From Acanthaster planci (Eukaryota), in the NCBI RefSeq assembly GCF_001949145.1, contig NW_019091358.1:620961-684960 (forward strand): DNA of 64,000 nucleotides. The letters run 5' to 3'. The position numbers and the translations under genes are program-made. The first letter of the stretch is position 1. Every line of letters starts with the position of its first letter. The notes below the pieces were generated by a model that was not told the origin of the DNA, did not search any database, and worked only from the letters and a program-made list of their open reading frames with translations. Shown in pieces: positions 48,160-63,100 of this stretch.

Positions 48160-48902
48160 TACACTTGATTCTGCAAAGGAAGATCAGATCCGGCGAGAGC
48201 AATCAAGCGAGGGGGATCAGATCTGTGCCGTGGTTACACTGGATCCTGATCCCACTTGGCATCGATGAAGTGCTGCAATCTCAGACCAAAGGTTATGCGA
48301 ACAGTTCACTGATTATGCGCACTGGAGCAAACTGTCAGCCAGTATTACGTGTACTTACACGCTGTATATACGTCTCATTGTCTTATCTTATGAACATGTT
48401 GTTTCAGATGAAATGATGAAAAATGGGGAAATGGAAGGTTTTGGATCAGCGATATGCAGCGGTAACAAAAGTCCCTAAAGGCGATGTGGATAAAGCATGG
48501 GAATGGGCAAGTACCAGTTTACTACCAACTCAGAGGACAAAAGCACACGGGCTTAATTGGGAACCAGCGTAATGCTGGTTATGTATGTAGCTGCCGGCCC
48601 AACAGCGTATGTATGGTGTGTACAATGTCATGTACATGTACCGTACGTATATATCTTCACGATGACACAGACTTGTTTTCGCTCACTTCTAGACTTGCAC
48701 CTGAGGTAGTTACGTCAAATTCGGGGATCTGATCTGGATCTGATCCAGCGTTGCGTTTACATCCCACGCACGGGATCTGAACCAGATCTGATCCTTCCCG
48801 AGAGGAGGATCCTGCGTTGTGTGTGTACACAACGTTTTTGATCCAGATCTGATCCCCCGTGCCAGATCTGATCCTCCTCGTCGGATCAAACGCAGTGGTA
48901 CC
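48160..48902. mobile_element. Degenerate MITE-like element with inverted GATCAGATC-rich subterminal repeats
   Basis: GATCAGATC motifs at 48181-48255 and GATCTGATC motifs at 48725-48890, in opposite orientation. Confidence 0.55.
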
Positions 48903-49675
48903 ATAGCCCCAGGGATGTATGTAATTGTCCAGCTTGCTTGAAATTGCCAGTTTCGTGTAAGAGTGTGAGAATTTCTTCAGTTGAAGGTAATATGAGACTT
49001 GACTGTCCTGATGTAAAGGTAGTGCCGATGCTGGTATGTACCTGTAATAATGATTACCTGAGCATCAGTTGTGGAAAACTGAAATCTGCATTTTAGGTAG
49101 TCGCACTGATAGGCCTAATGTACACATGTACGTGTTCCTTTAATCTGTACCAAAATTCTGATCAGTTGTGGAAGGTTTGCTGCGAGGATTATGGTACTGC
49201 CCTAGGGGCCCATCTGTTCGTATTATCCCATGATTGATAACCATACTGCATTTAGCCTTGACCTGTCTGATATTAATAAGCATTCTGTCATCCTTGGAGA
49301 TTATTTCCCATTGTGATAGGTACAAGTACTGCCCGTTGTTGGCAGTGAACATTGTTGGCAGTGAGCGCGAAAAAGCACAGTCACGTAAAAAGTTTACCAA
49401 GGCTGTATTGAGACCAAGGTTTTGAAGGAAAAGGTTCTGAATGCACGTGGCCAAAGATCAGACATTCCTGTAACGTTTGGTTCAGAAAAAAGTAAATAAA
49501 TAAATAAAATAAAGTTTGTGAAAAAGGTACTGCCAGTTGACAGATGTGAGGACTTGAGAACCTTTTTATTGAACTTAACATTGTGTATGCTGTGGTGACA
49601 TTGCAAGTAAGCGGTAAAACTTAGAAAAAAATTAACCGAACAGAGTGAAACCACTTTTGTCAGCTTTTATTTTCC

Positions 49676-50103
49676 TGGTTAATTCAGCACTTCTTTCATT
49701 TAAAATTGTTAAACAAAAGGTTAATTTCATCAAAGAAGGGTCACTGCCCCAAATGTTAATTCCATTTTCGAAATAACACCACTAGATAACTTTCAGAGCA
49801 TTGTACTTCACAAAACAACTACTTATATATTCGTCCTATTTATGATCATTTTGATTAGTCAGTAAAATGAATGACAAAAAATGAATTTGCTTTTCCAATT
49901 CAACACCATTCCAGAAGTGAGACAAAAATGACGATAAATAGGATGAATGACAATGGTTCTTTTCATGAATTACAGTGCTCTGAAAGTGAAATCTAGTGGT
50001 GTTGTTTTGAAATTGGAATCAACATGAGGGGGTAACCCTTCTTTGATGAAATTAAACTTTTGTTTAAGCAATCTGTAATGAAAGCAGTGCTAAATTAACC
50101 AGG
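49676..50103. mobile_element. ~430-bp palindromic MITE/foldback element
   Basis: CCTGGTTAATTCAGCACT...CATCAAAGAAGGG...ACACCACTAGAT...TTCAGAGCA is mirrored by TGCTCTGAA...ATCTAGTGGTGT...CCCTTCTTTGATG...AGTGCTAAATTAACCAGG. Confidence 0.8.
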
Positions 50104-53100
50104 AGAACCTATATCAGCACTATAAACACTCGACTTACCTCAAGTTGTCGGTGGCAAGAAACAGAAAGCTTTAAAAGTGTTTAGCTTGCCATTGCTAAAA
50201 GCATAGAGCAGGGACACAACTAAAAGTACATCTTGCAGTTTTTTCGGATCGGCTGTTTCTTTTATCATGTTTGTCAAGTTGTGCGTGTCGTCTGAGAGCT
50301 GAAATCAATTGAAAAGTTTTCTGTCCAACCAGTATTGTAAAAAAAAAGTGACCATTGAATGTTTTTAAACATTCTGCTTTCACAATCAAATCTTTTCCTA
50401 GAATTTTTTACATTTCTAGTGATGCAAATTTTTTTTTGGTACACATAGTTAAGCTCTTGCATAACCAAGAAATAAATATTTTCTTAAAACAGCTATTGCA
50501 TAATTTACAGGCACCTTAACTAGTTTGTATGTGTGTCAATGTGTGTGTGGGGGGGAAATTAGCATTACTCCTGTTATCATCTTGAACGTCTCAAGACTCA
50601 AAGTTCCACCTCAAGCAGACAAGCAATCTGAGGAACCTGTCAAGATGTTCCCATCCAACTAGTGCATCTTTTATTTCTCTGTATCTCACTGCTTTTTCCC
50701 TTCTCCTGGTCAACCCAAGGTTAATACCACCTTGCAGAGTTGCACATCATCACATCCTGTGCAGCTGGCCTGCTCTGACACTCACCCCAAGTGCACTGTC
50801 TTTGCCAATTGAGAGCATCTGGCAGAGGGGGGTGCCAAAATCCTGACTGAAGTGGACAGCTTGGTTCAGGGAAACTGGGCACACATGCACTTCCTGAGGC
50901 ACAGGAAGAGTCCCATTTGGGATGCTTTTCCTGTCAGGTCCAGTAGCCCCACCCCACCTGGCAGGACACATCTGCTATTTTTGGTCATGGGTGTCATCCC
51001 CTTTTGCTTTTTTTTTTCCATTTAACCTTAGGTCACAAGTCCAGATGGTTTGCATTGCACTTGCTGCCATGTGTCAACTGTCACAGCCTAGCAAGGTCAG
51101 CTATTTCCAAGGCAGAAATTGTTCCACCTTGCATTGTGAGATTGTGAAGTTCTTAGATGTCCCCAAGCACATTCCCTCTGCTCTTAATCTTGTGGTAATA
51201 CAGCATGATAGTTAATTAAAAAATACAAAGATTTTTTTAAAAGCTTGTAATGCTAATGTAGCTTTGCATGAAATCTGTAGTGACATACTGAACATGTCAC
51301 GAAAGCCTACATGTAGACCTACATGTAGACCTACATGTATATGATGTTTATACATGTAGTACATCAGTATGTACATGAACTTGACCGTGGTGCATCAGTC
51401 CCCTTTTCTATCTACCGGTAGGGCTGTGGAGTCCAAACTCATCACAGAAGTGTACATGTACATGTACCGTACACACAGCTTGCCCTACATGGAGGTTAAC
51501 AGCAGTGCATTACCGGTAGGTGCCACATTTGCAATTCAGACTCGTTTGCTGAAACCAGAACAAGTCTTTGCATAAATGCAACATAAGTGTTTTTTCCCCT
51601 GCGTTCAAGGTGCTGTTGTTTCCGTCTTGCACGCACTTTGTCATGACACCATCAAGATTGACATGTAGATGTGTTGTTTATGTGGGAATTAATTTGTGCA
51701 TGTTAACCGGCGGTGGGCATATAACATGGAGGTTTTTGCTCATGTGCATTGCTGCTCCGGACAATGTTTACCCATGGTTTACCGTTGTTGACAACTTGTC
51801 CCAATTCCCGAACCGCTATTTTCACATGATTTTAGTGTTGTAGTTTCAATTGGCTTCAGCAAATTCATTGGACATTTTATCAGCTTTAGTTGCCAGCTGA
51901 ACATGTTAAAAAGCTGGAAGAACTGTCACTGTGAAGAAAACTGTTAAGTCTGATCCAGGCAGGGGAGGAAATTTTGTGTTTGCATTGTGGCGGGTGACTT
52001 GTTGACACACCACACAAAGTGGTTTCAGTCATTTCCTTTCAGTGTGCCGCCTCCACAGGGGAACCTAAAACTGGAATCGCCAAACAGATTCATTTGGTAT
52101 GCACCTTTGTTCTGTTCAGTGCCCCAGAATCAGTCAACGATAGCAAAGCCGTACTATTGCAAGGTCAAAAATAAACAGGGAGAGGACTTTGAGAGAGCAC
52201 AATAAAGGAATGGAGAACAAAAACCTTTCCACTCAGTCTGACCAGAGGCCAAAGCAGAACGAGTTAGAGAGGTTGTATGTGGATCTGTATGCACTCTGGC
52301 TGTAAATGAAGAATGAAAAAACTGTTTCTTGCAGTCATTCCAGTCCGTCAAAACACCGATTTACCCTTCCAATAACCAGGCTTGCAGCTGGATATTTAAA
52401 AAACAATAAGGAAATTCCAATGCATGGGATTCTGCACTTTATTTTTCAAGTGGCAAGTGCAGTGGCATATTTGGAGAAAGAGGAAATTGGGTGATCCATC
52501 AAAATGTTACATGCCTGAATTACATAATTATGTGTCATTTGGAAGCATCTGAAACAAACTTTAATTACTGAAATGCATAAGACCTATTGAAAGAAGGGAG
52601 CATGAATTGAAGGGTCATTCAACAATAAATTCTGGGTCCACAAGTGTAATGTTTTAATGTAATTTGACATAGAAATATCACCAGAATCGATTTCAAATTT
52701 ATTTCTACTTGCTTTGCAGGTAATTTGCATTAATTCATCACTCTTGGATATGAGAGATTGTGTTCTGAACTCATAAAATCATATGTTAGATATGACAGGG
52801 ACATGAAAAAATTGGAACACTAATTTATAGAATGACCCTGAAGGATCTGTTCTAGTTCAAGGACCAAAGCTTATTTTTTTTACTCTAAATTCCAGGACCT
52901 GAAGACACTTCCTTCCCTTTTCTAAAGTGATTTGAACTGTCAATGTACAGTTGTAGTAATATAAAACTACAGTACACTATGCCTGGGGATTTGGCTTATG
53001 AGGATTAAGTCTGGAGTATCATTGATCTTGTTTGCAACATCCAGAGGGGGTTTTTGGCTGGCAGAGGAGGTGGTTGTTGAGAGTTCCAGGTAAAGGCCAG

Positions 53101-53820
53101 ATGTTTGCTTGAGGCTTGTTAGTAAAGGAATTTGGTGGATGTGGTAGAGGGCTAGAAGGGAGTTATCCCCTGTCAGTGTGCATCTGACTCATGTCAGACT
53201 GATCCACATTGAAGCATGTAACCTGATCAAGGTGTGACGGTCTGTTGTCACACTATTTAATGATTAACATCTTTGAAGTCAAAACAGTAGATTTGCTTAT
53301 TGGGAGTCAAAGTGGTGAGGATGATGCAAATTGGCAAAGCTCCCTGTATTTAAAATCAGGAAAAAAGGAACAGATTTCCTTAACAAATCTGGGTCTACAG
53401 TTTAACATTAAAGAAAAGTCCTGTTTTCATTTTAAAAACAAAGAACTGTTATTTAGATACATATCTCTCCAAGATGAGAACATATACATGCATATTGTTT
53501 ATGTAAAATGTCACAATATGAATGACAGAAAATCTGTGCTACCGGTATGTTCGATTTAATGTACATGTACTTGTCAAAATTTCTGTCCTTCAAAATCAAG
53601 CGTGATGACTGTTGAGGATGTATTAAATGCAAGGTCTGTTGAAGAAAGTGACGGCAGATCTTGAATTCTGTTCTTTTTTTTTCACTTTGGTGTCTTGTAA
53701 AACAAGATGTACATGTACCCATGGCTGGTGAGACAAAATGTACATGTACCCATGGCTGGTGTCATACATCATACATGTATGTGTTGATGGATTTCGGGAA
53801 CTAGGATTGGTCCGCTTTTA

Positions 53821-55402
53821 TGGTGTGCCATCAGGGCCAAAATTGATATTTTACAAAATGAATGTTCTAAACCAAAAACACAGCTAAAAATTTAAAAACA
53901 AACAAAAGAAAAACTGCATAAGCAAAGGAAATCGAGAAAGTGAAAAGGTACATTAAAACAAATATCAGAAAAATGGAGCAGAGCTCTAAATCCGGCTTTG
54001 CGAACAGCATTTGCGAAATAAATGATGAAAACCTCAAACGATCAGAAAAAAAGAGAAGATCAAAGGACAAAACTAAATGATCAAAGGACAGAGCAAATTG
54101 AGCAAAGGACAAAAAGAAATGAACTAAGTAAAAGCAAACATTGAGGGCGGCAATTGCTGATGCAATGATAGCGTGCGTAAATCCAATCTCGAATCCAGTG
54201 GGTCAAAGAAGTCATAGCTCGTTATCGACGATTTTGTCATGATAAATGAGGAGACCGCAAAACATTTACACAATGCTCAGGCATGACAGAGTGCGAGTGA
54301 TGGATGCACTACTACCAACAGACGTCAGGCCTACCACCAGGTCTAACATTTGTTGAGATGCCAGTAGGCATGAGCCCAGTTCTTTTATGCCAAATGTCAC
54401 TACCAGTTTCACCGGCGTAAATCCCAGGGGATTGGAAATATAACACCCCCCGTTTGAGAGGTGGGGGGATTGGCAGTAGAATTACCCCCCACACACACTT
54501 TTTTGTAATGAGCAAAAATAAAAGTGAATTGTGGAAAATGAAAACGACTATGTTTGCAATATCACTAAAAAGGGGAAAAAAATGTTAAAAGCCATAAACT
54601 GCCATTCCAACGTAAGATTAGATTCTGCACGAATGTGATACACATTACTCCTACATCTTTATCATGAACATCGCCCCCTATTTAGTGTATAGTCTAACCC
54701 CCCCCAGGTTTTCAAATTTTCATGGCCTGGCAGCCATCCCCTAATGCCTAGCACAGATTTACGCCTACGTAGTTACATCAGTATTACTGGCAGCACTGGC
54801 AGTGGCACAACGATAAGAACAATGCCTACTCCGGGATATGTGACTGTCAGTGCATAGACCTAGATGAGTCCAATCCCTCCAACAACGAGCTATGACTTCT
54901 CTAACACATTGGAGTCGACATCGGATTTACGCGTGCTCAACGATTGCTTTTACATGTGTTTTAGTTCATTTCTTTTTGTCCTTTGATCGTTTAGCTCTGT
55001 CCTTTGATTGCTTAATTTTGTCCTTTAGGCCTAATCATTTGGCTCTGTCCTTTTTGATCACTTAGCTTTGTCATTAGATCTTTTGGTTTTGTGTTTCGAT
55101 CCTTTGGTTTATGTTGTTGTTTTTGTTATTTCTGTCTTTTTATCATTTGATTTTGTCTGTTGACCTTTTCCTTTCTCTGATCGTTTGGGATTTTCATAGT
55201 TTATTTCACAAATGCTGTTCACAAAGCAGGATTCAGAATTCTGCTTCATTTTTCTGTCATTCGTTTTTAATTTACCTTTTAACTTTCTTGATGGCCTTTG
55301 TTTATGCAGTTTTCCTTTTGGTTGTTTTTAAATTTTTATCTGTGTTTTTGGTTTGGAACATTCGTTTGGTAAAATATTATTTTTGGCCCTGATGGTGCCC
55401 CA
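53821..55402. mobile_element. Non-autonomous DNA transposon with ~400-500-bp TIRs and TA duplication
   Basis: TA|TGGTGTGCCATCAGGGCCAAAA ... TTTTGGCCCTGATGGTGCCCCA|TA; the A-rich left arm mirrors the T-rich right arm, including AAAGGACA subrepeats. Confidence 0.85.
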
Positions 55403-57639
55403 TATGCTTTGGCTAGAAGCACTCTCTCACCGCCAAAGAAGAGACAAGCTGATGGGAAACATTTCAACTTGATACTTTGAGCAGGTGGGCAATTCTGTGC
55501 CAAGTCGTACTGGGTTTCAAGCTCTGTTTTTCATAGAAAATGATCATGTTCCGCACTGGTTTGTCGGCAGTATGTTGGACATTGAACGGATAGCAAGGCT
55601 CTAGGAGTATATCTTCACAATTTATTTCATGTACATTTATGATTACTTTTTATTTGCCGACTGAAGTGAAATTTGAGTTGAGGTATAATTTTATACCTCA
55701 AAAAGGATGTTGCAGTAGTGTCCGTCTGTTACCATGGCAACACATACATGTAGCTTTACCTGATCCCTGCAAATCCAAAAGATTCAAAAGAAATCTCTTT
55801 GATGGGGGGGCACATCCAATGAAGAAATAATACTAGAGTTTATTTCCTACTACCACATCCACCACTGCCTGATAGAACAAAATTCATGGTGAAAAATCCC
55901 TTTCGATACACGCGTACGTCAGTCTGTGACCCATGGAATTACCCAGCTGCAGAGAAAGTACAATACCGGGTACTTTTAATAGAGATTAGTCTTGCCAACT
56001 CAACACGACCTAACTAAGCATGCGTGAACGTGTCGGTGCACACTTTTAGTGCCCACCAAATGGACATCAATTCCCTGGAACACACCATCTCTTGTTCCTC
56101 CAGGAAGCGGATTACCAGGTGGCGATGGTGTAAAAACCAATTTCCTTTTTAATATGACTCTGCTCTTCATGTTTGTGTCTTGGTTGATTAAAATTTTAAG
56201 AAGAACCAACTTAAACAACATCCACTATTGTTGAAAGCTAACTTGAGAAAGTTTAATGCATTTAAAAAAGTAGAATGTAAATATCGATTGGATTCACTCA
56301 CCTTAGTGGAGCCACATGCATTATATTTGTATGGGTTTTAAATTCAATCTGCATTATCTATGAGGGCAGTTTACTTTTATAAAATTTCAAAAGATGAAGT
56401 GTTGTGGACAATGTGATACAGTAAATTATGTAAAAGAAAAAATTAGTCAGAACAAAGGAAACCAGTGGATGTTAAAAATAAGCCATGTGCATACATTATA
56501 TATTTGTAAACGTTATCAATAATCATTGCTAAAGAAAATTGCCATTTTCATAGGGAGAATGGTCTTAGCATAAAAGTGTGCACAATTTTAAGTTCAGCAC
56601 TAGTGTCTCTACATGAAATATGCTTTAAATAGGTGCTCAGTGATTGAATAAATTTCATTCGGCCATTTGAATAGATTGTGGAGAAGCTTTTTCCATAAGC
56701 AAGAGCCAGGTTGCAGTTGTCTAGGTAACTGACCCTGCATTGTCATCTTTATTCCCATGGGAACTTGTTGCTGGCAGTGGCAGGCTTACATGTACTTGCA
56801 CATGCACATATGCTTTACATGTACCACCACTAGACTGACTGCTGTGGTATAAAAAACTGAGTGCATTGTGTATGTACCGGTACATGTTTGATGAGTGTAC
56901 AAAGAATCAATGAAAGGAACTAGTTATGACAAAGGAGGCCTCGACCTTAGCTGGTGTACAAATTCTTAGTAAACACTGCTGCAGGCTGGTAAAATGTATT
57001 CTTCTTGAACTTGCCTGGCAGGCTATAGTATTCAAGAAAAACCGACCAGTTTGAAAATGTCATTTGTCTTATTTGTAAAGATGAATACAACAAAGCTGAG
57101 AAACGTTTGATTGTACATGCTATTTAGCTTCCACTTTGGTATTTTAGATTGAAAGTGTGATGACTCAAAAGTAACGGTTGAAAAAGTGAAATTGATAAAG
57201 CTTGTGAAAGTTGGTTAGTTTTGCTAAAAATGAGTCCAGTGGGGTTGTGGAAATTACTGTGACCTAGTGAAAAAATAAGTTACCGTACATTGCCCAGCAA
57301 AAAAGTCTATTCTGCATTAATACATATATCTAGCCTTGTGTGTCTCTAAAACATAATTAGCAAGATTCAAAATTCAGGCACTGTGTATCTGCTTCCTTTT
57401 TGTTTCAATGATATCATATGTCTCTGAATCATTTGCAAATAGCCAGACACTATAGTCAGGCTTTTCAGACACAATCAGTATAACATTTGCAATCTCAGCG
57501 CTATTTCTTAACACCTAAGGGCACTCATGTCATGTCACTGCACAGTTTGAAGATTTTGCATACAAATTGTGAATCTTGGATGAAAGTTGTGGTAAAAGTA
57601 GCTGAAAGCAGTCTCTTCAAACTGGACTCCTGGATTTTT

Positions 57640-58930
57640 AAATATTCAGGCTCTAACAAGTTTCTCTGAAGATATAGTTAAGTGTACCAGACACATGTAG
57701 GTACTAACTGCTGCCGGCAAGCACATTGCAGATTGTAAGAAATTAACCGAAACATGATCATTTGTAATCTGTCCACTCAAACCTGTTTGCCACTCACTGT
57801 CAACTCCATGAACAAGCTGCAAGTCACTGTCATGCAGACCAGAACCTCTAAAAACAGGCCACTCTGGCAACTCTGGAAACCTTTGGCAACAATTTGTAGC
57901 CGAAGACATTCTCTCACAGCTGGAGTCTTCTGGATTTTATGCAATCTCTGAACTTGGAACTGTTTGTGTAGATCATAAATATTTTTAATAAGGGCAAAAG
58001 ACCCTCATCCTTGGTATCATAGCATTTGGCTTCATGTTCCTGGAGGAGTTTTGAAAAAAAGAGCCTAAGACCAAAAAGAACCTGTAGTTTAAGGACCAAG
58101 ACAGAGAAATGCCGACCAGAAAGGTACAAAGAGTAAACACATAAAAAAATGGGGAATCAAAGACTCGGATAACTCTCTGCATTGAAATATGTGTTTCAAC
58201 ATCTGAAATATGACAGCATGCTAACAGCAGTACAGCATAAAATCAAGACACTGTAACAGTCCGGGAGTAAAGATTCAAATTCTGTTAGGAAAGATACTGG
58301 TATACATTAAACACATTTTCAAGAATTCAAGTAGGAAGAAAGCAAACGCTATTAAAAGCCATGTTGAAAGCCATGTTGAGAAGTTCATGTTGAACATGTA
58401 CATGTGTACATGTAGGCCTATTATTTGTTGGTTCATTTTTATCTTTAAGAAATGTGCTTTGAGTATCCATATTACATGTATGTCATTTTGTGAAAAGGGA
58501 ACAAGTGGACGATGCATGTGGGAAGCAAGATTACCATGCATCAGTAGTTTGGGTATTGGTAGCTCATAATGTACACTGTAATATGAGTGTTGCCTGAAGT
58601 AGTGATCATCCAGCATCTGGCTGTAATATCTCACATGTAATGAGACCCAGTTTGAAGAGCACAGTTCATATTACAGAATATAGGCAGGTTGTTGTGATAC
58701 ACATGGATGCATCTTTGGGCTCTGACAAGTTCCTCTGAAGATAGAGTTACATGTACATGTATATTATGGCTGTGTGCAAGCTGGTTGGGAGAAATGAACC
58801 AAAACACAGCCATTTGTAATCCATCCATTTGAGCCTCCCCTGAAGCAGTTTTTCCTCCCACTGTCGACTCCATGAACAAGCTTTAAATCTCTGTCACGTA
58901 GACCAGGACTTCTAAAAAACAGGCCAATCT
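57640..58930 (+). repeat. Diverged direct duplication (~57645-57865 and ~58718-58930)
   Basis: Shared GGCTCT(A/G)ACAAGTT(T/C)CTCTGAAGATA and ACTCCATGAACAAGCT...CTGTCA...AGACCAG...TCTAAAAA(A)CAGGCCA. Confidence 0.65.
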
Positions 58931-59056
58931 TGAATGAGTTTGACAACTTGTAAGTTTTGGGTTTTGCGATGGATGAGTATTTCTTCCCTCACAGGTGGTC
59001 CCTCCTTAAAAAATATTTGTTATAGTTTCATAAAATGCCATGAGTCTGCATTCCTA

Positions 59057-59310
59057 CATGATATGATATGATATGATATGATATGATATGATATGATATG
59101 ATATGATATGATATGATATGATATGATATGATATGATATGATATGATATGATATGATATGATATGATATGATATATGATATGATATGATATGATATGATA
59201 TGATATGATATGATATGATATGATATGATTGATATGATTGATATGATTGATATGATTTAATGTGATATAATATGATTGATATCATAGATGTGATGTGATG
59301 TGATGTGATC
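59057..59310. repeat. (ATATG)n pentanucleotide microsatellite with degenerate tail
   Basis: Directly visible tandem array. Confidence 0.97.
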
Positions 59311-62309
59311 TCAGAAAAGAGAGGTAAATAAATGCAAAATGAAATTTTGAGCTTGATTTTTTTGGGGGGGAGGGAGTTGACATCAAACTAGACTCAGATG
59401 CTGTTGTGTCCTTTTGTGGTTGATAAATTGAGGATAAAATCTCCTTCCCCCTTCTTTTGTGTGCCAGTCAGAAGATCTCTTTGCCAAACAGATGTAAGAG
59501 GATTTATCAGATCTTACTGAAAACAAATCTCTTCTGAGATCAACATCATGCCGGAAATTGCCCTTGCTTTGTCTGCACCCTGGGGGTGGTAGGCACCAGC
59601 TTGAAGACCATCCCTCCCTTCTGGGACTCTGCCTTTTGTATATGACAAAGCTGATTCCGTCTTGAAGGAGACCCCCACCTTTAAGTTGTTCCCACTTTTA
59701 TCCGATTAGGCTTGTATCTTGACTGGCTACTAATGTCTTCCCACCCCAGCTGAGAGAGTTTAGATTTAAATTCTGAATTGTTGAACCGCCCAGGATGAAT
59801 AAAGACTGTTTTGGACAGTTGACACGAAAATATCCACAGCCAACACCGGACTGTTTCCAGATTACTGACTGCACAGGAGTTGACCAGTCAACAGGTCCAC
59901 TAAATTCAGTATTTGTTTTGCCCTTGGCTGATTGAAGGTTAAATCATGGTTAACTTTACTCTGTGCTGTCCAAGCGATTGTAAGAACAAATGCACATGCT
60001 TGCTTGGGTGGGATTCAAACCCATTAGTGCGTGCTTGTCAGTGTTCACTTCTTACCACTGAACCACTTGGCTCGCCATGGTGGTTTGAATCACATTTCAT
60101 GATCAACATTCAGTGGTGAAATTCTTATTCATGTATGATGAAGAGTAGAATCCAGCATGATATTAGGCCTACTGGCATTGTACATGTGCACTATATCTCC
60201 TGAATATGATCTCATAAATCATCTGGTCTACAGCCACAAGACCACCTGGTCTTTTGTGCCACATGGTTTTTCCCTGTTGAGATTGGCACTTATTACCTGA
60301 CTGAATTAAGTAATATTGAGGCAATGCAAATAAGATGCAAATACATAAATGTACAGGTCTACAGCTTAGGTTTCCATAAATATTTAGGAAGTGACTTACT
60401 GCTTCATGTAAAGAAGTAGGCTAATGTATTCTCTTGCATTTCATTGGACAAAGCAATGCCGCTCCTCCAGTTTAATGATAATTTTTCATACATTCTGTCG
60501 TTAGGAATATCTGATGTCATGCAGTGTTCCATGTCCCCAGTGCAGGGGTTTAGATAATTTTCTTCAAGCCATGGGTACAATTATACCCACTTCCTTACTC
60601 AGAGATGAGTACAGTATGTTGCCCTCAGTATTACTTGGTATTATACTCTTCCTCTTCATGAAAGGGAGAGCAGTGACGACTGTACTCCCTTAGAGGTGGA
60701 ATACCAATATTATGCGAGTTAGTCTTTTTGCCTTAACAAATATAACTATACTTGTTAGTTCTGTTGAATAACACAGTAAAAAAACAGTGCTTTGTGATAA
60801 CCATGAACTCATGACACCATAGAAAAAATCACATAGGTCCGTACCCACCCGCTTGTTTTGAGGCACGTGTAAGGCTACCGTGCACGGATGCCATGTTGAC
60901 CGGCCGCCATGTGCACATGCCTGGCGGTGGCCATTCAAAAAGTCATGGTGCACTTCATCACTTGGTGGTCGAATGCGCTCACACTCACGATCTAATCCTC
61001 AATCTTTCTAAGATGTTTCAGACTTAAAATTTTCCAAAAAATGATACCAAGTTTCTTGTAGATGTACCAGAAAGCCTCTAAAACGCCATTTGAAAAAATG
61101 CCAGTGTTTAACGGATCAAAACTTGTAGAAAACTTCATGTTTTTCACAGAACTTTTGATGAGGAGTTCAGGCAACTTAAACCTATCCATTCGTGCAAAAA
61201 TCTATGAAAATAGTTTGGTCCCCGTGGGCTAGAGATCAATTTTACTACATCATGTCTTCAGGGGATCTGGTGACCATGTTTTGTACCCAAAAATCTATCC
61301 ATGCGCACAATGCATGCACAGTAGCCCATTATGGTCTACAACACATTTTGCATCGGGTCTTTCCCGTCAACCCTGGATTTTCTGAATAATTTATCATGGT
61401 TATGCACTGAGCAGTGGAAAATGCTGTATGCAGATGAACATGAACAAATCGGTTTCAGTACTTAGTGTCTGCCACAAATGTTACTCTGTTGGGGGGGCGT
61501 AATTGAAGGAACATGAAAAATACAGAAACTTATTGTACTCTTTCTGCAGTAGAAATCACTATGTATTTTACGTTATGCATGAGGTTTAAGCTGCATATTT
61601 TGACTAAAAGTCGGGAAGCGTATATACCGGTACACCAATATTCACATCATCTAAACTGTTGGCCATTGGTTTTTACAGTTTTTCTTCACAGCATTTTTAT
61701 CATTTAACTTTTGTTTTCATTTTAAACTGGTAAAAATATATTCTTAAAAGAGACCATGCATTTGGAAATTGCCAAACATTTGTCACTACACCTATGGGAT
61801 TTACAAATCGATTGCCACATACACACTACTTAAAAACATGCTTTAGCTCACAAATGTCCCACATCTTGATCAGGGATAATATATTATGTTTTTATGTGTT
61901 CCTGGAAAAGCGACTGGCCAGTGGGTGTAGATAGACGGAATCCTTTTAAAAGGATATTGAGGCCCAGTCTGTTACTCAAGGTCACACTCTTGGTTACAGA
62001 CCTTGGTTACATACTGTATGACAAATGTCTAATTACATTACACTTTAGACTAGTCTGTAGTCTTGTAAAGTTATCTACCGTTCCAGCATACACCATGTGT
62101 GTGCCTGCCGATAATTCTACATGGTTAATTCCTGAGGTATGTGGAATCCTGGAATACCGATACCAATCCTCAATGAAGTTGGCTTCTTGTTCCCAGGAAC
62201 AGCTGCAAGTGACAGTGCAATTTCAGTCTTCACGATTCAGTTTTCAGCAAACCATACGGACCTTAAATTCTGCGCTGGACCAGTTTGCTGCCATGGCCAA
62301 ACGGGGTCA

Positions 62310-63100
62310 GCTTGTTAGTCCGACAGCTCATAATTCCGATCCCTCATAAGTTCGAAAAAAGCATTTTAAAAAGTCCATAAGTCCAACACCTCATAGGTCT
62401 GACGCCTCATAAGTCCAACGCCTCATAAGTCCGACACCTCATAGGTCCGACGCCTCATAAGTCCGACAAATGCGTTTGAAAGTTCCAACAGTTTTTCGGT
62501 CCATGGCATAGATCCAATGCCTCATAAAAAAATCTGATGCCTCAAAAGTCTGACATTTGATTTGATGCTCATTACGAGCATATGAAGATGGCGCTAGGAA
62601 CAAGACTGGTTCCCGGTGTTAAGTATGGTGTACTATTTATGACACACATACAAACATTTTTAAGATTTCAAAAGTATTACAGTCAAAAAAATGCTTTTTA
62701 TATTTAGCGAAGTATCATACATCATTCTTACACATAGTGGTATTTTGGATTAAACAAATACTGGACCAGCAAACGAACTGTGCAGGTAGTCTGCTTGATT
62801 TAGTTTTCCTAACAGGGTCAGTATCGTGGGCATGAGTTGGGAACAAAGTTGAATCTAGCTCGTGGGCAACGTGTCGAGCGGGCCCGCACTCCTCTATGTT
62901 TCACAGTCAATGGCACTGATGCCTCATATAAAGTCCGACACCTTGTTGGTCCGACGTCGGATTTACGAGGCATCGGACGTTTGAGATATTGGAACTATGA
63001 AAAAAGATTGCCCATAAATGTGACGCTTTATTATTCCGATGCCTCATAAGTCCGAAAATTCTGACTTTTGAGGCGTCGTCGAGCCTATGAGGTGTTTGAC
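62310..63100. repeat. Degenerate 15-bp tandem repeat arrays (CCTCATAAGTCCGAC), probable foldback-transposon remnant
   Basis: Arrays at ~62320-62555 and ~62920-63100, some units inverted; contains a TA|TGGTGTACTATTTA terminus at ~62624. Confidence 0.6.

Noticed and set aside
53867..55392. Hydrophobic Phe/Leu-rich ORFs (53867-54112 and 55111-55392) as membrane proteins
   Set aside because: They are the T-rich strands of the two TIRs of one transposon.
59028..59285. ORF with ISYHI repeats
   Set aside because: Translation of the (ATATG)n microsatellite.
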